From Octopus sinensis (Eukaryota): 64,000 bases of DNA. The DNA is taken from contig NC_043017.1 of the NCBI RefSeq assembly GCF_006345805.1, positions 22,196,001 through 22,260,000 of the forward strand, given 5' to 3'. Position 1 is the stretch's first letter, and every line of letters begins with the position of its first letter. Made by a program: the position numbers and the translations under genes. The notes beneath the pieces were generated by a model. The model made no database searches. It was not told the DNA's origin and was given only the letters and a program-made list of their open reading frames with translations. Positions 53,146-64,000 of the stretch are shown in pieces.

Positions 53146-54355
53146 CATTATTATCATAATTATTATTAAGGTGGTTGTCTGGCAAAATGTTTAACATGCT
53201 GAAACAAAATGTTTAGTGGCATTTCAGCTATTTTTACATTCTGAATTTTAATTCTGCCAAGGTCAACTTTGCCTTTCATCCTTTCAGAGTCAATAAAATA
53301 AATACCAGTTGAATACTGGGGGTCGATTTAATTAACATACCTCTTCCCTGAAATTGCTGGCTTTGTTCCAAAATTTGAACCCATTATTATGATTATTAAT
53401 GTTAATAATATCTGGGCAGAAACATTAAACATGGTCGATGAAATGCAAATGCTTTCTAAGTCCCAAGGGAATTCTGAATGATGACGAATGGTTAGCTTTT
53501 GGTTTCATGATATTAGACCTGATAAATCCTTAGTTAATTTAGGACACTGAGTCTATCATAGATAACATTCCCAGGTGAGCCGGCTGCTATAGTCAACAGG
53601 AAACCAAGAACTAGAGGCACAATGAAATGCCAACAGTGATTTGAGCTCATGACCTACATATACGCAGGGAGTCTGATATCCTATCTACAAAGCCATCTCT
53701 CTCTTCTGCAGTTACTTAAAGGCTTTTTGTAATTAATTCTAACCACAATTCTATAAAACTATCATTAAAGTAGCGAGGAGGTATTTGAACAGTAAGTGAG
53801 CCAGGTATGAGCCTTGTTCATAATTGAATTTTTAATTTCTTTTTTTAGATTTTTCTCATCTGTTGTATTTCTTTTTTTTTTCTTTTTAAGAAGCCAAATT
53901 TCGAAATATATACCACCCACCTCCCTACATCTAAAATAAAAAAAAGATACATAATTTAACCAAAGTTTCTCATCAAATTATTTTACTCAGCATGTTAACT
54001 GCACAGTCAAAAGATATCTTACACCAACCATCATATCATTCCATCTATCTGCTGCCCCGTTTGAAAATCAAGCTATCCAACTGTTTGCACACAGGTCTCT
54101 CTGTCCATTTGTATACATCTCTCTCTCTCTCGCTCTACTTCTTCATTTTCTCTTTTTCTTTGTTCCCAAGTCTCTCTCTCTCCTTCTCTCTTTCTCTCTT
54201 TGTGCATGTGTATATGTATGTGTCTTTCCATGTTTATTTATCTCTCTCTCCCTCTCTCTTTCTCTCTCTCACTCTTTGTTCATTAAGCCATCTATCTGTT
54301 TGCATATGCCTCTATCTCCCTGCTTCTTTCTGTTTCTCTGTCTCTTTCTGTCTCT

Positions 54356-54393
<38 letters not shown>

Positions 54394-54428
54394 GATATAT
54401 TATATAATATATATATATATATATATAT

Positions 54429-54570
54429 ATTTATTATATGAAGGAGCTTCTACACGGACTAGAACTGTTTCCATTCAAGAGAAATCCTTCAGGAAGCTCC
54501 TGAGCTTCCTGAAGATTTCTCTTGAATGAAACAGTTCTAGTCCTGTAGAAGCTCCTTCTATATAATAAAT
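54429..54570. mobile_element. Fold-back element (~65-70-bp arms, 2-nt loop) at a (TA)n tract, with a degenerate HHR-like motif
   Basis: gaaggagcttctaca..aggaagctc / gagcttcct..tgtagaagctccttc; CTGAAGA..GAAAC..GTC at 54509-54542. Confidence 0.7.
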
Positions 54571-55425
54571 TAATTTTACTCTGCTATGTATTGAGTACCT
54601 TATTTACTGTGGTTAAAACCCGAATCAACCCGGGACCTACATATATATATATATATATATATGTCTCTCTTTCTTTCAGGCCTTCCCTCTCATTCTCTCT
54701 CTCTCTCTCTCTGTTATACACAGAGACAAAACTCTTGGTAAAAACCCACAGAAAACAAACAAACAGTAATTTTCTTACAATAACAAAGAACAATGGAAAT
54801 AACAGATAAATAACTATAAATAATAATAATGAAGAGTTATTCACTGGGAATGAAGATATAAGGATGGAAAATGAGGTGGGGCATAAAAAAAAAGAACAAA
54901 TTACAAAAGTATTGTGGTGGGGAGCATGTGACAAAAGGACTAATTATAGAAAAACAATTAAGAAAAGAAGACAAGTCTACAGCAACAATATACAAATGGA
55001 ATGAAGTCAGACATTAGAGGAGAGGCCCAGTTACCTAGGGGTCACTGAAGGAATCCTACTGATCAAATATTACCCTGGGCAAGTGCCCTTTTTACCAGCT
55101 GTGTTCTCTGGTCTTACAGGCACATGCAGGATATTATTCTGTATACCAGGGCTGTTCTTGCCTCTCTCACTGACTGCAAATTCACCGAGAGATCCCTCCA
55201 TCCTAATCTCAGCCTCTTCCCATCTCCATCCTCTTCAAGTGCAACTTGAAAATAACAAAAAGTGCCACAAAATTCCCCCGATAACGAAACCAGTCAATAA
55301 CATTGCAAGCCGTTACCGTGTTTAGTTCCTTTAAAATTACCATTCCATAAAGCCAGCAATGCATTTATCTGATTAGAAGTAGGCTAGAAATAGAGCTCAT
55401 ATCACTTACACACAAACACACAAAC

Positions 55426-55480
<55 letters not shown>

Positions 55481-55569
55481 CATACATATATATATATATA
55501 TACATATATATACATACACATATATATATATACATACACATATATATATAATAACAACACACACACACA

Positions 55570-55604
<35 letters not shown>

Positions 55605-55709
55605 GATATATATATACATACATACACACACACATATATATATATACATACACACACACCCATATATATATACATACACACACACACACATATATATATA
55701 CATACACAC

Positions 55710-55750
<41 letters not shown>

Positions 55751-56944
55751 ATATATATATATATACACATATATATATATACACACATATACATACATGC
55801 GTACATACAAATAAACAAGCAAACACATGCACGCACTGACTAAAATTAGCATTTTTCTGTTAAATTTTAACTAGTTTTTGATCTATTGGTGTTCTTGTCT
55901 AATTGGTTCTTTCTATATCTTTAGAAAATTTACCAATTTCAGTAACAGAAGTGTGTTTCACTTTCGTTTTCGCTTCTACTTTCTTCCTCTCTTTGTTGTT
56001 GCCTTGTTCTTCCTTTTTTTTTCTATTTTCTATCGTTTTATTTCTCCTTTTTTCTTTAGGGTTGATAATGTTTTACTTTTTTTTTTTTTTCCCCTCTATT
56101 TACTTCTTTGTCACTATATCTGATATATAAAACTCCCCAATGGCTAACCGATATCTCTACCACCTTTTGATTTGAGTTTTATTTTATTTTTATTTTTATA
56201 ACATTTTTTTTGTTATCACTTTGCATTTGTTTCTTTGCATTCACCCCCCTCCCCCCCCGCCTCTCACCTTGTTCTTTGTTGCTCTTTCTATTCCACTTTC
56301 ATTTTCTCCCAAGAAAGATAAGTAACTAAGTTGCTTTTCCAATGCAACTCCAAAAAAGACTCAGGAATTCCTACAGAAAACTACAAATGAAACACGATAC
56401 AAGGCTTCAACAAATAAAGGATCAACTCCCGACAGAGACAAACTATTTTAGTGGTACTTTTTTTTAGTTATTTAGTATGTCTTTCTTTTTCTTTTTTTTT
56501 TTTTACGCCTACATGATTAAAAATGCAGACACTTCCAAGATAATGCACGGTCTATTTATTTATTTAATTATTTCTTTATTTTCGCCTCTTCTAATTTTGC
56601 TGAGGAAGAAGACACGAGAACACACCAACAGCGATAGCTTCCATCTCATTATTGGAAACAAAATGAGACACAAAAAGACCTAGCATTGATGCATTGCTGA
56701 CAGCATGCACACACATACACACACATACATACATACATATACCATACATATAGAAATACATATATACTTATATACATATTAGGATATATATATATATATA
56801 TATATACTTTATAATTAGGGTTCAGCAAAGATTTGCTTTACCACATTCCGAAGTTTAGAAATAGCAGCCAAAGAACCTTGATAGATACATATATAATATA
56901 TACATATATGTGTATATAAATATATATATATGTATGTGCACATG

Positions 56945-56980
<36 letters not shown>

Positions 56981-57099
56981 TTGAGAGAGAGAGATAGACA
57001 GATACAAATATATATGTATGTATATATATGTAATAGATATACACACATGATGATGATGACATAAATATATACATATAATACACACACACATATACATAC

Positions 57100-57157
<58 letters not shown>

Positions 57158-57524
57158 AAGCATTTGCATTGACTGAATACATTTCAGAGTGGCACGAAGC
57201 CCTAAGCTGAAGGTATGACAGTAATTATCTAGGGATACATTGATCTCTACAGATCTAAAGGTGAATCTAATACCCGTAAATTTCCCAACAAATTTGTCAC
57301 AGAGATAAAACTACATGATGCCACATGATCTAAGGAATATCCCATTGATTAATGCAGCAGTTTGTCTTAAGATTTAACACAGATAATCCTCAATAGCTCA
57401 ATAGATTACAACAGATATAATCCTTATAGCAATGTATAATACTAAGACATGCTACCCTCGTAGTTCAAACAAATGTTTCCACTATAACACCTGGTATATA
57501 ATCATAGATAACAATACATATGAA

Positions 57525-57908
57525 TATTCTTTTATTCTTTTATTTGTTTCAGTCATTTGACTGTGGCCATGCTGGAGCACCACTTTTAGCCGAGCAAATC
57601 GACTCCAGGACTTATTCTTTGTAAATCTAGTACTTATTCTATCGGTCTCTTTTGCAGAACTGCTAAGTGACGGGGATGTAAACACACCAGCATCGGTTGT
57701 CAAGCGATGTTGGGGGAACAGATATACAAACATTTACATACACACACATATATATCAATGGGCTTCTTTCAGTTTCCGTCTACAAAATGCATTCACAAGG
57801 CTTTGGTCAGCCCAGGCTATAGTAGAAGACAGTTGCCCAAGGGGCCATGCAGTGGGACTGAACCTGGAACCATGTGGTTGGTAAGTAAGCTACTTACCAT
57901 ACAGCCAC
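57525..57908 (-). mobile_element. SINE family A
   Basis: Reverse complement of 11130-11547. Confidence 0.85.
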
Positions 57909-58139
57909 AATATACATATATATTCTTCTTTTCACTCTTTCACTTGTTTCAGTCATTTGACTGTGGCCATGCAGTCAAATCAACTCCAGGACTTATTCTT
58001 TGTAAGCCTAGTACTTATTCTATCGTGTCCCTTTTGCTGAACCGCTAGGTTACGGGGACATAAACACACCAACATCAATTGTCAAGCAATAGCGGGGGTG
58101 GAGGGACAAACACAGACACACACACAAATATACATATAT

Positions 58140-58330
58140 ACCATATCACCTTATCACCTTGACGACATTCCATATGTCCATTTACACCGCTATCAAGCAT
58201 GGGTCCACTCCTGCTGATCGTGCCTTTCTCATCACGTGATCAATCATCCTCCTGAAATCGTAACTCCACTGTCATGGAGGCCTTCTGGGTGGTCGTTTCC
58301 GGGTGGACCCATGCAGTTGTCGAGTGGTAC
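58140..58330 (-). mobile_element. RTE 3' fragment nested in the TA tract of a family A SINE (57934-58507)
   Basis: Minus strand RKRPPRRPP*QWS (RTE motif); GGTGATAA-type tail. Confidence 0.6.
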
Positions 58331-58521
58331 ATATATATATATTTACAATGGGCTATTTCAGTTTCGATCTACCAAATCCCCTCACATGGCTTTGTCAGCC
58401 CAAGGCTTTGGTAGAAGACACTTGTCCAAGGTGCCATGCAGTGGGACTGATCCCAGAACCATGTGGTTGGGAAACAAGCTTCTTACCACACAGTCACTCT
58501 TGCACCTATATATGTGTGTGT

Positions 58522-58554
<33 letters not shown>

Positions 58555-60566
58555 TATATATAAGGGTGGCTTGTTAGCAATATTTTAACCTAAAGGCAAA
58601 AATATATATATACATCACTAAAGCAATTGAAGGCGCTATTCAGCACCAGTATTGCTAGAAATAAAAGTCAAAACAAGTCATAGCTACAATAATGTTACTG
58701 TGGCTACGAGTTGTTTGACACCTTAGACAAGAGTGAAGGCATTGGTTAGCTCTGGATATAACAGTAGAAGGCACTTGCCCAAGGTGCCGCACTGTGGAAC
58801 CAAACTCAAAACCGCGTAGCTGTGAAGCAAATTTCTTCCTCTATTTATTTAAATTCCAAACTCTTAAATGAAAAACATTACAACAAGGAAATATCAATTA
58901 AAAAATATAATTTCCTAAATTCATGCACTTTACAACTGATCAACGTGTTGATGCTTGTTTCATTTAATTCTTTCTGAACATCGACAATAATTAGCTGAGT
59001 TTGTTAAAAATATAATTTCAGAAGCCCCTATTTAATACTGACTGAAGTGGAATTTAATATTCATTTTAAAAGAAATATATGTTGAAGAGATTTGAATTGC
59101 TTTTATTCAACATGGATTTCAATCGGAGGATATTGTTCATTATAACTTCCTAATGTGGCAATTTAATATTTAAATAAAACACTAAAATCCCTCTTTTGAA
59201 TTATAAATATAATCTAATCAATTAATACATGTTCAAGATCAATTGTAATGAAATTCATTAATGATGCTATTATGTGTGTATGTGTGTGTGTGTGCATGTG
59301 TTTGTGTGTGTGTGCATGTGTTTGTGTGTGTGTTTGTGTGGGGGTGGGGTGCATATGTGTGTGCGTGTGTGTGCGGATGTATGGGTGTGTGCCTCTGTGT
59401 GTGTGTGTATATATGTGTGTGTTTGACTTTGTGTGTGTGTTTGTGTGTGCATGTGTGTGTGGGTGTATGTGTGTGTGTGTGCATGCGGGGGTGCATGTGT
59501 GTGTGTGTGTACATGTGTGTGTGTGTGCACATGTGTGTGTGTGCACATGTGTGGGTGCACACGTGTGTGTGCGCACATGTGTGTGTGCGCCATGTGTGTG
59601 TGTGCTTGTGTGAGTGTGTGCGGCAGTGTAGTGTTGTCTAATACATTAACTCCTTTGTGTCCATATTTCTAATGACGACACAATGCCATTATATTCCAAT
59701 TAATTTTCAAAGTAATCAAAAATTTCAAGTTGTTTAACAGAGCTTCATCTCCATTGTTTTTCTCCTTTTTTCTTTTCCCTGTTCACTACACGCCAAACAA
59801 AAGGTTCTTACATAAAAGCTGTAATGGATCTTTTAGCCTCGAGTTATCATTTACGTAATGAAATTTTAAGTTTAAATACAAACACTTTATGGGAGCTATT
59901 TCAGGTGGAGCTTCTGACACTCTATCAGAAGGGTCTTTCTTTGTTAGGTTTTTTTTTATTGGTTTGTTCTGGAAGAAGGGGTTATGACCCTGGTCTCACA
60001 GGCACTTTAAGACCAGTAAGACTGACATGGTTAAATATCATTATTGAACTGTTACAAGTTGATGGTTGTGGTGAAAAACATTTGCAGGGATGGAATCCAG
60101 GAGGTGGGAGAAATTTCTGGGGAAGTGTTGACCGTGGGACAATGGGTGGTGAAGTGGTGCCAACAATATGGCTAGCTGAAGGAGGAAGGAAGAGGGAGTC
60201 GTAAGGATCAGACTAGAGGGGGGTACAGACCAACCAGTTTTGAGGAGCAGAGATATGCAGGAGTTCACATGGTCTTAACCTTTTCAGGCAGCCTACTTCA
60301 TCCTTTGGGTTGGCTGGTGCCCATTCTCCTTTACTATCATGAGGCTTTTTTGGAGATGGATTTTCTATGGGGAACATGCCCTTGCTTACCACCAACCTCA
60401 GTTTCTAGGCACGAGTGGTCCTGAGACCAAGGTCTCTACCATGATTTTTAAGAAATGTGGAGGAAAGCTAGCTCAGGAAAGCAGCGATGCTACTCCCTGA
60501 GACCCCTTTCGGAGCCCCATGCCAGGATTATACAAATATGTGTGTGTGTGTGTGTCTGTGTATCTG

Positions 60567-60597
<31 letters not shown>

Positions 60598-60752
60598 GTC
60601 TATCTATCTGTCTATCTATCTGTCTATCTATCTGTCTATCAATATATATATATAGTTAACCCAAACATGAAAACACAAAGAGAAAACACAACGCGAGGAC
60701 ATGGAACAAATATAGTATTATTGGACGCTCAGGAAAGAAGGAAAGAAGGAAG

Positions 60753-60787
60753 GTTTAACGTTTCGAGCGGAGCTCTTCGTCGGAAAC
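60753..60787 (-). ncRNA. Minimal HHR-like motif (U4C core variant) in a PLE-like fragment (about 60655-60860)
   Basis: GTTT-CCGACGA-A-GAGC-tcc-GCTC-GAAAC-GTT-AAAC. Confidence 0.6.
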
Positions 60788-60859
60788 ATAGGAGAAGTAA
60801 AGATCCAGAGAAGGGAAGACAGAGGAAGAAAAAATTGTCAACGGTACACACGCAGTCAC

Positions 60860-60891
<32 letters not shown>

Positions 60892-61475
60892 ACACTCACA
60901 GACACACACACATTATACAAATATTATATACACATATGTATTATACACATAAATATATGTACAATTATATATATATATACACACACACACACAAACGCAC
61001 ACATATATGTCTGTATGTGCAGCACTAACAGTAGTAAGACTACCATTACTTCTACTCCACACAGCACATAATTACATCTAAAACCCCACAATCAAAACCT
61101 CCAGACCCTGTTACTTCCAACCCCGTTGTCAGTCTTGAAGCTGTAATTACTACGACTCATACAGTCATTATGGCAGCTATGATTTGGACATATAATATAT
61201 GGCAGATTCACTTCTTATAATAACAAATGAAGTAAATATAAAGAGGAGGAACGCAAATCTAAATAACAAACAAATTAATAACAGTTACAACACTAGTAAC
61301 AATGTATTTAATTAAACCTCATATTTACATTACTGTTGTTGTTGTTATTATTATTATTACAATTATTGTTATTATCATATATTTTGCAATCCTCTCTTTT
61401 TGACATATGATAGAATAACTACTGCATTGCTGTCTTTCATCATCATCATCATCATCATCTACATCATCCTCCTCC

Positions 61476-61523
<48 letters not shown>

Positions 61524-62423
61524 ACAACAACAACTGCAGCAACTGCAGTTACAACATCATTACCATCATCATTGTCATGGTAAAGAGAGAGAAAGAGGGA
61601 GATGGGAGAGAGAGAGAGGGAGAAAGAGGGGGTTGCTGCTGTCCAGTAAATCTGCTGGAAGGTGGTTGAGATTGGCAAATACGGCCCACGAGAAGTGGAA
61701 ATACTTGCAGCATGAATCTAAAGACCAGAGAACACATCTGAGGAAGGACACTTGTTTTTTTGACAATATGGGCAAATCCCCAAAACTGCAGGATTGCTCA
61801 CTTGTTCCTAGTTGCTGTCTCTCTCTATTAGGACGTCTCTTTTTATTCATTTCCGTTGTCATTTGTTGTTGTAATGTACCCTTAACTAACACACCCTTGT
61901 GGCAAATAAAGATCTCTCACCAAATTCAAATTTGCCCTTCATCTCTCCAATGTTAATTAAATAAAATTCTAGACGAGTTCTGAAGATGATATAATTGACT
62001 AAATATTCCTTTTCCAAAACTTGATGGCAGAACCATTAGCATGCCGGTAAAATCTTTTACAGCATTTCAGCTCTCTTTACATTCCAATTACAGATTCTTC
62101 AGTGATTGGTTGTGCCTTTCATCCTTCCAGTGGGGACAAATGAGGGAGCTCTTGATTTCTGGGATCGATGTAATTGACAAGCTCTTCCTCCAAAATTTCA
62201 GACTTTGTACAATGGTGGAAAGGGTTTGTTATTATTATTCTTATAATTCATATTTTGAGAAATACATTGAAAATTTGCTTTCTGGGAACGAGAATTAGGT
62301 ACATTTTGGAGAATGTGCATACAAGTATTTAAGATTAACAAGGATGTTACTGGCAAACAAAACTATTCAAAATTAACTAAAGTGTCCATTATTATTATTA
62401 TTATTATCCATTACACTGTGTAA

Positions 62424-62977
62424 TGACCAGAAGAGAATTAATGCATTCCAGCTTTGGTGTTGGAGAAGACTTTTACGGATTCCATGGACAGCGAGGCTCA
62501 CCAATGGAGAAGTTCTTAAGCAGATCAGGCCAAAAATGTCGCTAGAAGCTAGGATCACCAAGCATAGATTGGCATATTTCAGTCATATTACGCGGAAAAA
62601 ATCCCTAGAGAAGGACATCATACTCGGAATGGTCAGTGGCAAGAGAGAGACAGCGAGGCTCACCAATGGAGAAGTTCTTCAGCAGATCAGGCCAAAAATG
62701 TTGCTAGAAGCTAGGATCACCAAGCATAGATTGGCATATTTCGGTCATATTATGCGGAGAAAATCCCTGGAGAAGGACATCATACTCGGAATGGTCAGTA
62801 GCAACAGAGGAAGAGGCCGACCAAGAACCCGCTGGCTTGACACCATCAAGAGTGATATCGGAATGGACATAGCCAATCTGAAAGAAGTGGCCCAGGATAG
62901 AACTGACTGAAGGACACTGATCCAACGAGTAACCGAGAGTCGACTTCGACTGAGCGGATAGATAGATAGATAGATAG
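62424..62977 (+). mobile_element. 5'-truncated RTE-BovB-like LINE with an internal 162-bp duplication
   Basis: RINAFQLWCWRRLLRIPWTAR..RGRGRPRTRWLD; (GATA)n tail; 14-bp TSD attacactgtgtaa at 62410-62423 / 62978-62991. Confidence 0.92.
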
Positions 62978-63295
62978 ATTACACTGTGTAACACCTTTCG
63001 TTTTTGGCTTTGGTTAGTAAGTGTTATTTCCTATTGCCAGGGTTTTAAATCCAGGTTTTGTCCCTGTTAACGGGGGTGGCTGGATCTACCTCCATGTATT
63101 AGCAACCACCCTCACACCATCTCGCCATCTTGCCAGGTTTGAGGTGTCCTCCTTTTTCAAACCAACTCTCCCAATCTCCTCCTCCACTTGTCCCCTAAAT
63201 GGATGTAAAAATCTATTCAATCAAGCATAGGAGAATATTTTATATTTGTGAAGATTGGGCTGCCAGAAATGTAATTAAAATTATTGCTGGTGGAA

Positions 63296-63500
63296 AGGTG
63301 GTGAGCTGGCAGAATTGTTAGCATGCCAGGAAAAATGCTAAGCGGCATTTAATCTGTCTTTACATTCTGAGTTCAAATTTCACCAAAGTCACCTTTGCCT
63401 TTTGGGGGTCAATAAAATAAGTACCAGTTGTGCACTGGGGTTGATGTAATTGACTTACTCCTGTCCCAGAATTCCTGGCCTTGTGCTAAAATTTGAAATC
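63296..63500 (+). mobile_element. SINE family B, diverged copy
   Basis: Homologous to 16669-16866. Confidence 0.75.
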
Positions 63501-64000
63501 AATAATATTACAGGTGGACAGCCAAGTCAATAGTATACTGCTGGACAAATGATTTACAGTATTTTGTTATGATCCTTTACGTTCTAGGTTCAAATCTTGC
63601 CATATCAGAGACATTTTCCACCAACTTCCTAGGTTGATAAAATAAATATCAAAACTGGGGTTATTTTAATTGATGAAACCCTTCTTTTCCTCACAAATAT
63701 ATGGGCTTATAAATATGTTACAAACCATTATCATAATTATTATCATCATACCCCTGTATTTTCGTTTTTCTTTCTTTCAGTTGTTAGTTTCTCTTAGGCA
63801 AATTTATAAACCTATATTAAAATTTCGATTCCTTTCCATTTTTCTTTTCTTTTGGTGGGTGAAATTATCAGTTATCATGATAATATGATGAAGCCTCTTG
63901 CTCAAATCTCTTGAGAATTCTGTTGACAAAGCTATATATTAAGAACTAGCATCAGTGAAGATGTTCCATGATAATTCTTTTTACTTTATTTTTTTTTATT

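Noticed and set aside
59824-60530. 126-aa ORF and neighbouring ORFs as exons
   Set aside because: No recognisable domain or splice pair; the region resembles an unclassified repeat (GGTAAGCAAGGGCATG motif on the minus strand)
61633-61956. 107-aa ORF in unique sequence
   Set aside because: No ATG start, recognisable motif or convincing splice boundaries
62536-62910. Host protein-coding gene
   Set aside because: C-terminus of an RTE ORF inside a TSD-bounded truncated copy

Overview
Eukaryotic, AT-rich, repeat-dominated non-coding DNA. The SINE/RTE/CR1 content and microsatellite load suggest an octopus genome (inference). No complete protein-coding gene is supported; nearly all listed ORFs are microsatellite or repeat artefacts. 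The window contains at least three tRNA-headed SINE families, RTE and CR1 LINE 3' fragments, a DD37D (maT-type) transposase relic, a mariner-derived element, hAT, piggyBac and pogo-like MITEs, a 63-bp minisatellite, and possibly two minus-strand exons. The most notable signal is a set of small non-coding retroelements with Type I hammerhead ribozyme (HHR) motifs. These are a ~354-bp terminally redundant unit with an intact HHR (10624-10668), a tRNA-headed SINE with an internal minimal HHR (two copies), and several long fold-back inserts in (TA)n tracts, two of which have HHR-like motifs reading outward from the palindrome centre. This fits Penelope-like-element (PLE)/retrozyme biology. All folding was done by eye and is untested.
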